From an uncultured Bacilli bacterium (GTDB taxonomy: Bacteria > Bacillota_I > Bacilli_A > RF39 > UBA660): DNA of 64,000 nucleotides. The notes beneath the pieces are model-generated. The model searched no databases. It saw only the letters and a program-made list of their open reading frames with translations, and had not been told where the DNA came from. A program made the position numbers and the translations under genes. The stretch's first letter is position 1. Every line of letters begins with the position of its first letter. Positions 8,322-17,150 of this stretch are shown here, piece by piece. The stretch is taken from contig CALVPE010000074.1 of NCBI GenBank assembly GCA_944350485.1, positions 13,989 through 77,988 of the forward strand, given 5' to 3'.

Positions 8322-10511
8322 CTATTTTTTGCATTTCCATGAAAATAAAGCTTTTCCAGTAATAATATTTCCGGTAACTCTATTTATTAAACAATCTTTA
8401 AATCCTTCTTCTTTTGCTAATATATAATCTTCTGCTTTTCCAAATTTATCATAAGTTTTTGTACAGTCAACAAAAATTGGTTTTTTACCTTCTTGAAATC
8501 TTACAAGTCTTCCAACAGATTGTATTAACAAAGACAAAGACATCATTTGTCTAGCATTTATTATACAATCTAAACTAGGGCAATCAAAACCAATATTTAA
8601 AGCATTAACATTAACTAATATTTGTTTATTATTATTTTTAAATTTTTCAATTATTTCTTGTCTTTGTTTTTTAGGTGTATCTCCATAAATTTCCATAACT
8701 TCGTAACTCTTTTTTCTTAAAGTATCACATATTATATTAGCTTGTTGTTTACAACTAGTTATTATAAGAATCTTATTTTTTATAGGAAAAAATTCTTCAA
8801 CTGCTTTTATTGTATTATCTATTCTATCTTGTCTAGTAGTATATTTAACTATACTTTCTTCCGTATAATCACATCCTGTTGAATTTACTTGTAATTGTGA
8901 CAAATCAAAACCATTACTATAATCTATATATTCTGGTTTCATAATATAACCAGCTTCCATTAAATCCTTTAATTCCATTTTATAAACAATAGATCCAAAG
9001 AAAAATGGATGAATACGATTTAACATCATTAGAGAACCTGTATAGTATTTTTCACCACCATCATAACAAAATCTATTTACAAGACGATACGGGGTAGCGG
9101 AAAAAGAAAGTACTCGACTACATTTTATTTCTCCAAAAAATTTTGAATACATACCATTTGTATTTTGAGGATTTACTGTATGACAATTACCAGAAATAAA
9201 AGTCAATCCATCACTTCTAACTACTATTTTATGATTTGGGACTTCTACACAATAAACGTAATTATTATAATCTTGGATTATTTGTTTATTCGCTGCCTGC
9301 AAACTTCTATAATCGCTATCAAAAAAAATTACTCTATATAAAGTTTTTCTATTGTCGCCTCTTTCTCTTTGCTCCATTACTGTTCTATATCCAGCTTGTG
9401 TAGCTATTGCATTAACAAAATCTACATTATCTTTTATAATAGAAGAATAACTTTTTGGCATTTCATTTTTTCTAGTTCCATCCCATAAACATATTTCTTC
9501 TATAAAATCTCTTGCTCTATCATACCCCATATTTATATTAAAACATTTAGATAAATATTTTGCTCGTTTATTTAAAAAATCATTACCTAATAAAATATGC
9601 CATGCTTCATATCCTTCTCTTGTTATATTTAATTGTTTAATATTTGTCATGTTTTTTGTTAATAATTTCCATCTATCTTTTTTTCTTTGTTTTTTTAAAG
9701 AAATACTATAACGACCAACATCTTTTTTATTACGGTTAAAACTAACTGAACCATCAGCTTGTAAAGCAACCAAGACTCTTTCAAAATCTGTAAGTAAAAC
9801 ATTATTTCCTGTCCCCTTTCCTGCACAAATAAGTTGATTTTTACTAGAAGCACTATGTCCGACTGTTAAATCTTTTACTAAACAATTATTTATTGTATAT
9901 TTGTCCGAACTAATTTTTCTTCTATAAACTTGATTATGATTTGGCGTCATTAAGCAACCTCTGATATTTTTATAATTAGAGAAATTTATTTTTATCATTT
10001 CACCATTATGCTTCCTTTTTATGTATCTCAATGGTTTCACAAATTCTATTTTACCATCATCATATTGCGCAACTAATTCTGTTTGGTCTAAATCTTTAAA
10101 TTTTTTAAAACCTCTATCAGTTAATATTTCTACACCACCATCAAAACACTCATCTATTATGCAATTTTTTACATCTTTAAATAATTCTGGATGTTTATAT
10201 GCAGATTGTATAGTAGAAAATATAACATTTTTATCTGTTTCTTTTCTGTCTTTTCCAGCAGAAAAAACACTAGCTTCATAACCATAACTTTCATATTTAG
10301 ATAAATTTTGTTCTAATATTTCTTGTGATGGTTGAAATACTATTGTTTTATCTTGTAATTCTTTTGCTATATTTGCTATTACTATTGACTTTCCAAAAGC
10401 TGTACATGCTTGCATTATAATTGGTTTTTTAGAATTTTGTAAATAGTATAAGCCAGTTTTAACAGCAACTTTTTGATATTCTCTTAATTGTATCATTTTT
10501 TTTCTTTCCAA
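8322..10511 (-). CDS. SF2 DNA helicase (DECH box) interrupted by an intein
   Basis: Walker A QACTAFGKS, motif II IIDE|...|CHT, motif III LSFSATP. A 321-aa insertion lies exactly inside the DECH box. Confidence 0.75.
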   Translation of the reverse strand: MERKKMIQLREYQKVAVKTGLYYLQNSKKPIIMQACTAFGKSIVIANIAKELQDKTIVFQPSQEILEQNLSKYESYGYEASVFSAGKDRKETDKNVIFSTIQSAYKHPELFKDVKNCIIDECFDGGVEILTDRGFKKFKDLDQTELVAQYDDGKIEFVKPLRYIKRKHNGEMIKINFSNYKNIRGCLMTPNHNQVYRRKISSDKYTINNCLVKDLTVGHSASSKNQLICAGKGTGNNVLLTDFERVLVALQADGSVSFNRNKKDVGRYSISLKKQRKKDRWKLLTKNMTNIKQLNITREGYEAWHILLGNDFLNKRAKYLSKCFNINMGYDRARDFIEEICLWDGTRKNEMPKSYSSIIKDNVDFVNAIATQAGYRTVMEQRERGDNRKTLYRVIFFDSDYRSLQAANKQIIQDYNNYVYCVEVPNHKIVVRSDGLTFISGNCHTVNPQNTNGMYSKFFGEIKCSRVLSFSATPYRLVNRFCYDGGEKYYTGSLMMLNRIHPFFFGSIVYKMELKDLMEAGYIMKPEYIDYSNGFDLSQLQVNSTGCDYTEESIVKYTTRQDRIDNTIKAVEEFFPIKNKILIITSCKQQANIICDTLRKKSYEVMEIYGDTPKKQRQEIIEKFKNNNKQILVNVNALNIGFDCPSLDCIINARQMMSLSLLIQSVGRLVRFQEGKKPIFVDCTKTYDKFGKAEDYILAKEEGFKDCLINRVTGNIITGKALFSWKCKK
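9186..10148 (-). other. Intein (321 aa) with LAGLIDADG homing-endonuclease domain, inserted in helicase motif II
   Basis: Begins at C of CFDGGVEILTDRG and ends ...FISGN followed by +1 Cys of CHTV. Block B has T..H in CLMTPNHNQ, the LAGLIDADG-like motif is VLVALQADGSVS, and block F is YVYCVEVPNHK. Excision restores IIDECHTV. The penultimate residue is Gly rather than His. Confidence 0.7.
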
Positions 10512-10954
10512 ATTTTTAATATTTTTAAATTTCTTTCCCTATATCTTGAATGTTGATTTATATTTTTCTTATTAAATTTTTTTAAATATTGTTTTTTAAA
10601 TTTATTAAAAGCTTCATTAAAATATTTATTTTTATTTGTTTTAAAGTCAAAAGTTTCTTCAAATTTTATTCCAAGTTTTTTATATTTATATTTTTTATAA
10701 TAAAAAGCATCTAAATTTTTTTTATATTCTTTATTTTCTTCTCTCCATTTTTTTGCATATTTAGATTGACATTCTTTACATTTTGTTCTATGGCCCACTT
10801 CTATTTTTATTTTTCCATTTTCTGTTATAAATTTTTTTGTTTCTTTATGAAATTCACTTAATCTTTTCCATTGTTTACAAACTCTACATTGTTGTAAAAG
10901 AATACCATGTTCTCTTTTTCTAAAAGAGTTTTTATATTCATAAATATTTTCCAT
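10493..10954 (-). CDS. hypothetical basic protein with two CxxC pairs (zinc-ribbon-like)
   Basis: CRVCKQ...CKECQ. Overlaps the helicase start. Confidence 0.4.
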   Translation of the reverse strand: MENIYEYKNSFRKREHGILLQQCRVCKQWKRLSEFHKETKKFITENGKIKIEVGHRTKCKECQSKYAKKWREENKEYKKNLDAFYYKKYKYKKLGIKFEETFDFKTNKNKYFNEAFNKFKKQYLKKFNKKNINQHSRYRERNLKILKIWKEKK

Positions 10955-11008
10955 AATAAAAATTAATATTTTTTACAATAATAAAATATTATATTTAAAA
11001 ATCAAGTG

Positions 11009-11224
11009 TTAATTAAAATAATTTTTTAAAGCTTCTTTATCTTGATTAGATTTTTTTAGAGCATTATCATATTTAATGATACATTCTCCATAAGTGTTAT
11101 TTTCACAATCAACATATATTTTTTGCAATCTTATATAATTTAAGGGAATATCATTATGTACAAAATTATGTTTACAAGATACTAATAAAATTAAAATAAA
11201 TAAAAATAAAATATTTTTAAACAT
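11009..11224 (-). CDS. putative o-spanin (outer-membrane lipoprotein)
   Basis: Signal peptide with lipobox LLVSC. Small mature domain. Overlaps the preceding coiled-coil type II membrane protein by 8 nt. Confidence 0.45.
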   Translation of the reverse strand: MFKNILFLFILILLVSCKHNFVHNDIPLNYIRLQKIYVDCENNTYGECIIKYDNALKKSNQDKEALKNYFN

Positions 11225-11525
11225 CTTCTTTTAATATTTTTAATAAATCTTCACTAACTTTTTGATTAACACAAAAATTTTTATCATTTTTTTCTAATTT
11301 ATTAAGCTTATTTTTTAATACATTATATCTATTAATATAATATTTATTTTCTTCTTCACTTTTATTAAAATCTTCTTTTAATATATTATTTTTTTCTTGA
11401 ATATATAATAAATCTTCTTGTAAATTTCTATTAATATATTGTTCCATTTTTATTTTTTCTTTTAACAAAGATATATAAATAATTAAACATAATATAATAC
11501 TTATAAACAATAATTTTTTTATCAT
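11217..11525 (-). CDS. putative i-spanin (N-terminal TM plus periplasmic coiled coil)
   Basis: N-terminal TM LLFISIILCLIIYISLL followed by a charged heptad-like region. Paired with the lipoprotein gene downstream. Confidence 0.45.
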   Translation of the reverse strand: MIKKLLFISIILCLIIYISLLKEKIKMEQYINRNLQEDLLYIQEKNNILKEDFNKSEEENKYYINRYNVLKNKLNKLEKNDKNFCVNQKVSEDLLKILKEDV

Positions 11526-11526
11526 T

Positions 11527-11949
11527 TTATATAAAAAATTTTTGAATAATAATCATTAACACTGCACCACCAGCACCTGATAAAAAATTATAAAATATTT
11601 TTATATTTTTTTTAGTAGTAGTAATATCTTTTACAAAATCTTTAATTTCATTTATAGCCCCCTTTAATTCCTTAATTTCATTAATTAAACCTTTTGAATA
11701 ACAGCCATCTCCTTTTAAAAACATATTTATTTGTTCTAAATTTTTTTCTATTTGTTCTATTTTATGTTTTTGTATATTTTGTTCATCTTCTATTTCTTTT
11801 ATATTTTCATATATTTTAGATTTGCAATCCTTATTTATCATATTTTTATTTAACATATCAGCTTGTCTCTCCAAAATTTCATTGTGGTTATTGGTTGTTT
11901 TTACAAATGTTTCTACAACTTGTTTTAAATTATCTAATGTTTCCTTCAT
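11527..11949 (-). CDS. hypothetical coiled-coil protein with C-terminal TM segment
   Basis: C-terminal FLSGAGGAVLMIIIQKFFI. Confidence 0.35.
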   Translation of the reverse strand: MKETLDNLKQVVETFVKTTNNHNEILERQADMLNKNMINKDCKSKIYENIKEIEDEQNIQKHKIEQIEKNLEQINMFLKGDGCYSKGLINEIKELKGAINEIKDFVKDITTTKKNIKIFYNFLSGAGGAVLMIIIQKFFI

Positions 11950-12635
11950 TTTCTAAATTTCTTTATTTTTAAAATTAATAAATAAATACAAGGGAATATA
12001 TATTCTGACTTATATTCATATCCTTTAATTTGATTTAAAACATATCTTAAACTTCTTAAACAATTGAATCTAAAATAAAATGTTCTTTTTTGTCTAGCAT
12101 GTTGTGATAAAAGATTTTTTTCCCAATCTCCATTTAAATTTTTAAAATTAAATCCAGTATCTATAATTAAATATTTTTCTTTTAAATAATTTAGAGTTTT
12201 ATCAGTAAAAGGTATTTTTTGTAAAGTTTTAGCTTCATATCTCATCTGATATATATTTTTATTTATAATTAAACCTGCAGAACTATATGATAGACCAAAT
12301 ATTGATAATATAAATTGTTTTATTTTTTTAGGTTTATAAAAAATAATAAGTACATTATTATTATTTATTTCATCGCTTTTTATATAAGAAAATAATTTAC
12401 AAAATAAAAAATAAAATAAAAATAAAGATTGTATTATATAATATATAGAATAATTAATATTAAATATATAATTTAAAAAAGAAAAAAATATATCTATTAT
12501 AAAAAATATATTTAATGCTCTTAATATAAAATATTTATACTCTAATTTTAAATAATTATCAATTAGAATATATAATAAAATTATATAATATAAATTTTCT
12601 ATAATAAAATTAAACATTACTTCTATTGTCATCAT
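11946..12635 (-). CDS. hypothetical polytopic membrane protein
   Basis: Several hydrophobic segments in the N-terminal half. Confidence 0.35.
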   Translation of the reverse strand: MMTIEVMFNFIIENLYYIILLYILIDNYLKLEYKYFILRALNIFFIIDIFFSFLNYIFNINYSIYYIIQSLFLFYFLFCKLFSYIKSDEINNNNVLIIFYKPKKIKQFILSIFGLSYSSAGLIINKNIYQMRYEAKTLQKIPFTDKTLNYLKEKYLIIDTGFNFKNLNGDWEKNLLSQHARQKRTFYFRFNCLRSLRYVLNQIKGYEYKSEYIFPCIYLLILKIKKFRK

Positions 12636-12840
12636 TTAAAAAATTATCTAGCTCCCTTAATATAATTTTTTTATTTTTATTGTTGTAACTATTATTAGCT
12701 ATTAAATCTTTATTTATTTTTTCTAAATCTTTATTGTTAATAATATCATTTTTTTTATTTTTAGCAAAAATTTTATCAATACTTTGCTGAAAATAAGATC
12801 TTCTTTTAATATTTTCAAATGATTTTTTTGTTAAAGCCAT
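12610..12840 (-). CDS. hypothetical protein (first gene after a late-promoter motif)
   Basis: ORF. AGACTTCCATT motif lies about 50 bp upstream. Confidence 0.35.
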   Translation of the reverse strand: MALTKKSFENIKRRSYFQQSIDKIFAKNKKNDIINNKDLEKINKDLIANNSYNNKNKKIILRELDNFLNDDNRSNV

Positions 12841-12866
12841 AAAAAAATAAATATATTTATACTAAT

Positions 12867-12899
12867 ATAATATATAATTTTTTTAAATAATGGAAGTCT
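12867..12899 (-). promoter_or_regulatory. late-type promoter: AGACTTCCATT - 16 nt - TATTAT
   Basis: Minus strand AGACTTCCATTatttaaaaaaattataTATTAT, about 50 bp upstream of the gene starting at 12840. Confidence 0.5.
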
Positions 12900-12960
12900 A
12901 AAAAATAGTTTTTTATAACAAAAAAGGCTTGTAAAAAACAAGCCTAACAAAAGTTATAAA

Positions 12961-13167
12961 TTATTTAGCATTATCTATTTTCTTTTGATCTGCTTTTGTA
13001 TTTATAATTGAGAATTTAGATAATACTTTTATAATATTATCTAATACTGTATTATCCTTCATGGTTGGTGTAAGCCTTACAATAATACTAGCTACTGATA
13101 CAACACCACCAATAATTGCTAATAATTCATCCCAATGATTTTGAATAAAAGAAATTATTTCACTCAT
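12961..13167 (-). CDS. putative holin (single-TM small protein)
   Basis: 68 aa. TM AIIGGVVSVASIIVRL followed by LTPTMKD and a charged tail. Heads the membrane-protein/spanin block. Confidence 0.4.
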   Translation of the reverse strand: MSEIISFIQNHWDELLAIIGGVVSVASIIVRLTPTMKDNTVLDNIIKVLSKFSIINTKADQKKIDNAK

Positions 13168-13239
13168 TTTTTATAAGGTTATTAATATATAATATATTAT
13201 TAAATATATAATTTAATTTGTCAAGATAAATAATATTTG

Positions 13240-13267
13240 TTGACTTTAAAAAAAATAGTAATAATAT
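13240..13267 (+). promoter_or_regulatory. sigma70-like promoter (TTGACT-16-TAATAT) for the HU-like gene. A divergent minus-strand TTGACA sits at about 13225
   Basis: ttgtcaagataaataatatttgTTGACTttaaaaaaaatagtaaTAATAT. Confidence 0.45.
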
Positions 13268-13296
13268 TTAATTGTTATTAATAATTTTATAAAAAA

Positions 13297-13602
13297 ATGA
13301 ATAAAGTAGAACTTTCAAAACAAATTTCTAATAAATTTAATAATTTAGGTTTAACAGTTTCAAATACTGTTTCAAAGACAATTATTGAAATGGTAATTGC
13401 TAAAATCATTGATGAGTTAAATACTTATGGTGAAAGTAAAGTAGATGGTTTAGGAACTTTTAAAGTTAAAGAAGTTAAAAAGAGAAAATTCGTAATAAAA
13501 TCACCTATTGCTAAAAAAAGAATAGGAGAAGAAATTGAAATTGGTGGATTTAAAAAAATAACTTTCAAAGACTATAAAAGCACAAGAAAAAAATTAAAAT
13601 AA
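13297..13602 (+). CDS. HU/IHF-family histone-like DNA-binding protein
   Basis: GLGTFKVKEVKKRKFVIKSPIAKKRIGEEIEIGGFKKITFK, the beta-arm pattern of HU. Confidence 0.75.
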   Translation: MNKVELSKQISNKFNNLGLTVSNTVSKTIIEMVIAKIIDELNTYGESKVDGLGTFKVKEVKKRKFVIKSPIAKKRIGEEIEIGGFKKITFKDYKSTRKKLK

Positions 13603-13625
13603 ACAAATTAAATTATAAGAATAAA

Positions 13626-13666
13626 CTGGCATAAAAATACACGAAAAAAATGCCAGTTATTTTTTA
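13626..13666. terminator. bidirectional rho-independent terminator between the convergent HU gene and the minus-strand gene
   Basis: CTGGCAT-N18-ATGCCAG followed by TTATTTTTT on plus. The reverse complement is also followed by a T-rich tract. Confidence 0.45.
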
Positions 13667-13672
13667 ATAAAA

Positions 13673-13990
13673 TTAGTATTTTATTTTATTATTCTTTTTA
13701 AAAGATTTTTTGTTATATTTTGTTTCTTCTTCGTCTAAAACTTCATCTTCATCTTTATTATCTTCTGTTGTTTCATTTTGTAATGAATCTTCTACTAATG
13801 TTACATCTTTATTTTCTACTTTAAGATCATTATTTTGTAATTTAAGATCATTATGCAAAATAACAACATTTTTATTATGTTTAATAATATTATAAGTATT
13901 ATCAGTAATATCTTGAACACCTTTATATAATACTTTTCTATCAACTTGATTAGTTGTATAATAAATATCTTCTTTAATTTCTACTTTCAT
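13673..13990 (-). CDS. hypothetical acidic protein
   Basis: ORF only. Confidence 0.35.
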   Translation of the reverse strand: MKVEIKEDIYYTTNQVDRKVLYKGVQDITDNTYNIIKHNKNVVILHNDLKLQNNDLKVENKDVTLVEDSLQNETTEDNKDEDEVLDEEETKYNKKSFKKNNKIKY

Positions 13991-14040
13991 ATTAGTATTT
14001 TTTTTATTAATAAGAAGGGGAAAATATTTCCCCTTTTAAA

Positions 14041-14496
14041 TTATAATGTTGGAGCAACTTTCTTGTCCATAACAACAACTGCATTTAAAGCTGTTGTAAC
14101 AGCAGCTGATCCATCTGGTTGATATGTAATTTTAATATATTCATCACATAATTCTTTATAAATACCAAATATGGATTTTTCTTTTTTATCTGTTCCAGAT
14201 GTAAAATATAGAGCAGCTAATTCTGCTTCGTTTTCTCTATGTATTTCACCATCTTTTATAATTGGTTTTATAACTTTATCAGTAATGTCAACTACATTGG
14301 TATCAAAATCAGCATTAGAAGCTGTTTCAACTTTAACACCGATTTTTCCAGCAGTAATATCTGCTTCCATACATACCATAATGTCATTATAGTCTGTGGT
14401 TTTAATTACTTTTCCTGCAATATCAGTAGAAGCTGTTACTGATTTACCAGCAACATCTATAATAACATCTAATTCTTGACTTAAATCTTTCTTCAT
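14041..14496 (-). CDS. hypothetical protein immediately downstream of the major capsid gene (possible head decoration or auxiliary protein)
   Basis: Position only. Confidence 0.3.
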   Translation of the reverse strand: MKKDLSQELDVIIDVAGKSVTASTDIAGKVIKTTDYNDIMVCMEADITAGKIGVKVETASNADFDTNVVDITDKVIKPIIKDGEIHRENEAELAALYFTSGTDKKEKSIFGIYKELCDEYIKITYQPDGSAAVTTALNAVVVMDKKVAPTL

Positions 14497-14510
14497 AAAT
14501 TCTCCTTTAA

Positions 14511-15863
14511 TTAAGCTTTTTTAATAATAGTTAAACTATCAAATCCTTTTGCAGCACCACCACATCTTTGTCTCAACATATAATGAATTATTTCATTATT
14601 ATTTGCATAAGGGTTAAATTCAATAGTTCTTCCTGTTCTTTGAACAAAAGTGTAAGCTTTTGAGAAATTACCTACATAAACTGCTTTTGAACCGGTATCA
14701 GTAAATTTAGGACAATAGATAGATGTATAAACATTCATACCATTTATCATATAAACTGCCCCTTCTAATAACATATTAGGTTGAACTAATGGTCTACCTT
14801 GTGAATCTTTAACATCAAGTATTTCTGCAAGTGTCATAGGATTCATAACAACAACATTATTATTTGTTGACATAGTAATGTTAGCTTTTACAATAGCACT
14901 AATTAATTCTTCTGCATCATTTGCAACCATTGTTTTAAATTTACCAACAACATAAGGACTTTCTTTCTTTAATTCAGCTTCTGATAATTCATCATATTGA
15001 GAAATTCCTTTTGGTTTTCCTTGTGTAGCATTACCAGTAAATAAAGCTCTTTCAACAGCATTTGTTAAACTCTCATCAAGTAAAGGATATAAATATGTAT
15101 AAATGTTACCATTATAATCTTCTACTAATGTTCTTGTTAATGGAACAGATCCTTTAACAATTGATGTTGGAATAATTATTTTACCTTGGCTAACATTTGA
15201 TGTTTTATCAGAACCAAATTCATCTTCCCAAAAACCTTCATTAGAAGCATCAGAAGCTAAAACTTCTGCTTGGTTTGTAGAAGTAGACACCTTTTCAACT
15301 AAATCATATAAACATTTTTTAGTCTTATTTGCGGTATAGTCTGGTAATTTTTTAGCTGGTGTGATACCAAAACCACCATCACTTCCTACATATGTACTTT
15401 GTGCTTGTGCTTTTATATTTAAATCTAATACTGGAAATTGTGTAGATGTAACATCTTGCATAGCAGATTTAACATACTTTTTTTCCATATCTTCATTAGC
15501 TAAATTCATACTTTTAGCTAACATTTTAGCACATTTTTCAGCATTTTCAAGATATTCAGATTTTATTTCTGCTTTACCAGATGCAAAATCTCTTAATACT
15601 TGATCAAGATTTGATAAATATTTTTTTTGTATTTCATCATTGCCTTGATCATTTTTAATAGAAACTTTATAAAAATCGCTAATTTGTCTAGCATTTTCTA
15701 AATTTTCTTTTTTCAAATCATTGATCTCTTGCAATGCTTCATTATATTTTTTTTCCATATCAGCATTTTTTTGTTCTAATGCTTCAATTTTTTTTACATT
15801 GTCTTCTTTGAAGCTTTTTACTTCATCAACAATATTTTTTATATTTGTATTGATTTCTTCCAT
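14511..15863 (-). CDS. HK97-fold major capsid protein with N-terminal coiled-coil (delta/scaffold-like) domain
   Basis: About 100-aa charged coiled-coil, then a typical Phage_capsid core (...NPMTLAEILDVKDSQGRPLVQP...VYVGNFSKAYTF...). Follows the prohead protease. Confidence 0.7.
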   Translation of the reverse strand: MEEINTNIKNIVDEVKSFKEDNVKKIEALEQKNADMEKKYNEALQEINDLKKENLENARQISDFYKVSIKNDQGNDEIQKKYLSNLDQVLRDFASGKAEIKSEYLENAEKCAKMLAKSMNLANEDMEKKYVKSAMQDVTSTQFPVLDLNIKAQAQSTYVGSDGGFGITPAKKLPDYTANKTKKCLYDLVEKVSTSTNQAEVLASDASNEGFWEDEFGSDKTSNVSQGKIIIPTSIVKGSVPLTRTLVEDYNGNIYTYLYPLLDESLTNAVERALFTGNATQGKPKGISQYDELSEAELKKESPYVVGKFKTMVANDAEELISAIVKANITMSTNNNVVVMNPMTLAEILDVKDSQGRPLVQPNMLLEGAVYMINGMNVYTSIYCPKFTDTGSKAVYVGNFSKAYTFVQRTGRTIEFNPYANNNEIIHYMLRQRCGGAAKGFDSLTIIKKA

Positions 15864-15866
15864 AAT

Positions 15867-16979
15867 TTACTCTTTATTTTTTAATAATGAACTTAAATTT
15901 TTTAAATATTGATTAAATTTTTCTAACTCCTCAGGAGTTTTATCATTCTCATCAAGAGAATTTTCACTTGAAGATTCCTGTAAATCTTCTAATTCCTTTT
16001 TTGGTTTTTTTCTATTAGTACCACAAGCTTTTAATTCAGCAAGTCTACTAAAGAAAGTTTTAAAACCAGAATTCGTTAAACCAGACTTTTTTAAAAATCT
16101 TTCACAATCCTTAATGGTAAAGTTTTTAATAATATTTTGTTGATTTTCATAAGGTGAAATATAACTATTATCATTAGTGTTTTTTCTTATAATATCAAAA
16201 AGTAAATTTATTTTTTCTTTTAATTTTAATCTTTCATTTTCACTAATATTTAATGTATCAATATTATCTTTTCTTGAAAATTCAATAAGAGATTTAATAT
16301 TTATTTCTGGTTCACCTTCATTATTTATATCAATGAATAAACCATATTTTTTTTCACCATTAGCTAATAAATAAAAATCTTCATCCTTAAATTCTTCATT
16401 TTTTAAAATATTATTTAATTTTTGTTCAATATCTTTTTTATTAATAATTTTTTCTGGTGAACTTACTTTAATTTCATTAAGATTAATATTTTTAACATTT
16501 AAAATTTTTGCACTATCATTTGCTGGAAACATAACTAAACTTATTTCATGTAATTCAATATCTAATAATTCTCTTGTTTTATTGCTTTCGTTATAGAAAT
16601 CTTTTTTAACAATATATCCTATTGACATTTTTTTACATACACCAGCTTTTATTAAATTATAAGCTGTTCTTCCTTGTGGAATATTTAATAAAATTTTACC
16701 TTTTACAAATAATCCTATTTCATCTTCAAATATACTATTTATATCAAAAAATCCTATTGGATTATCAGTTTCATGAGACCATAGCATAGGTATATTTGTA
16801 TCATTTTTATTTTTTCTATTTTCTATGCTTTTTTGAAAAGCACCCTTTTTTACAACATCTCTATAACTATCTATTACTTCAAAAACAGAAGCATAACCTT
16901 CAAAATATCCATATTTGTCATCTTCTGTAAATTGTTTTATTTCAAAATTACTATCTAATTTTAATTCTTGCATTATCAA
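15867..16979 (-). CDS. HK97-family prohead protease (S78) with C-terminal extension
   Basis: GYASVFEVIDSYRDVVKKGAF...PMLWSHE signature. AGACTTCCATT motif about 55 bp upstream. Confidence 0.8.
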   Translation of the reverse strand: MIMQELKLDSNFEIKQFTEDDKYGYFEGYASVFEVIDSYRDVVKKGAFQKSIENRKNKNDTNIPMLWSHETDNPIGFFDINSIFEDEIGLFVKGKILLNIPQGRTAYNLIKAGVCKKMSIGYIVKKDFYNESNKTRELLDIELHEISLVMFPANDSAKILNVKNINLNEIKVSSPEKIINKKDIEQKLNNILKNEEFKDEDFYLLANGEKKYGLFIDINNEGEPEINIKSLIEFSRKDNIDTLNISENERLKLKEKINLLFDIIRKNTNDNSYISPYENQQNIIKNFTIKDCERFLKKSGLTNSGFKTFFSRLAELKACGTNRKKPKKELEDLQESSSENSLDENDKTPEELEKFNQYLKNLSSLLKNKE

Positions 16980-17000
16980 ATATATTAATATACTAATTTT

Positions 17001-17033
17001 AGTATAAAATATATACTTAAATAATGGAAGTCT
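17001..17033 (-). promoter_or_regulatory. late-type promoter: AGACTTCCATT - 16 nt - TATACT, upstream of prohead protease/major capsid genes
   Basis: Minus strand AGACTTCCATTatttaagtatatatttTATACT. Gene start at 16979. Confidence 0.5.
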
Positions 17034-17040
17034 TTTTTTT

Positions 17041-17076
17041 TAAAAAAATAAAAAACTTAGGAAATTTATTCCTAAG
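17041..17076 (-). terminator. rho-independent terminator of the RecT/exonuclease operon
   Basis: Perfect 8-bp stem CTTAGGAA/TTCCTAAG with a 5-nt loop, followed on the minus strand by TTTTTTATTTTTTT. Confidence 0.6.
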
Positions 17077-17150
17077 TTATAATATTAAAAAATTACGTTA
17101 CTAAAATCATTAAAAATATAAAATAATATTTTTTATTTGTCAAGCATTTT

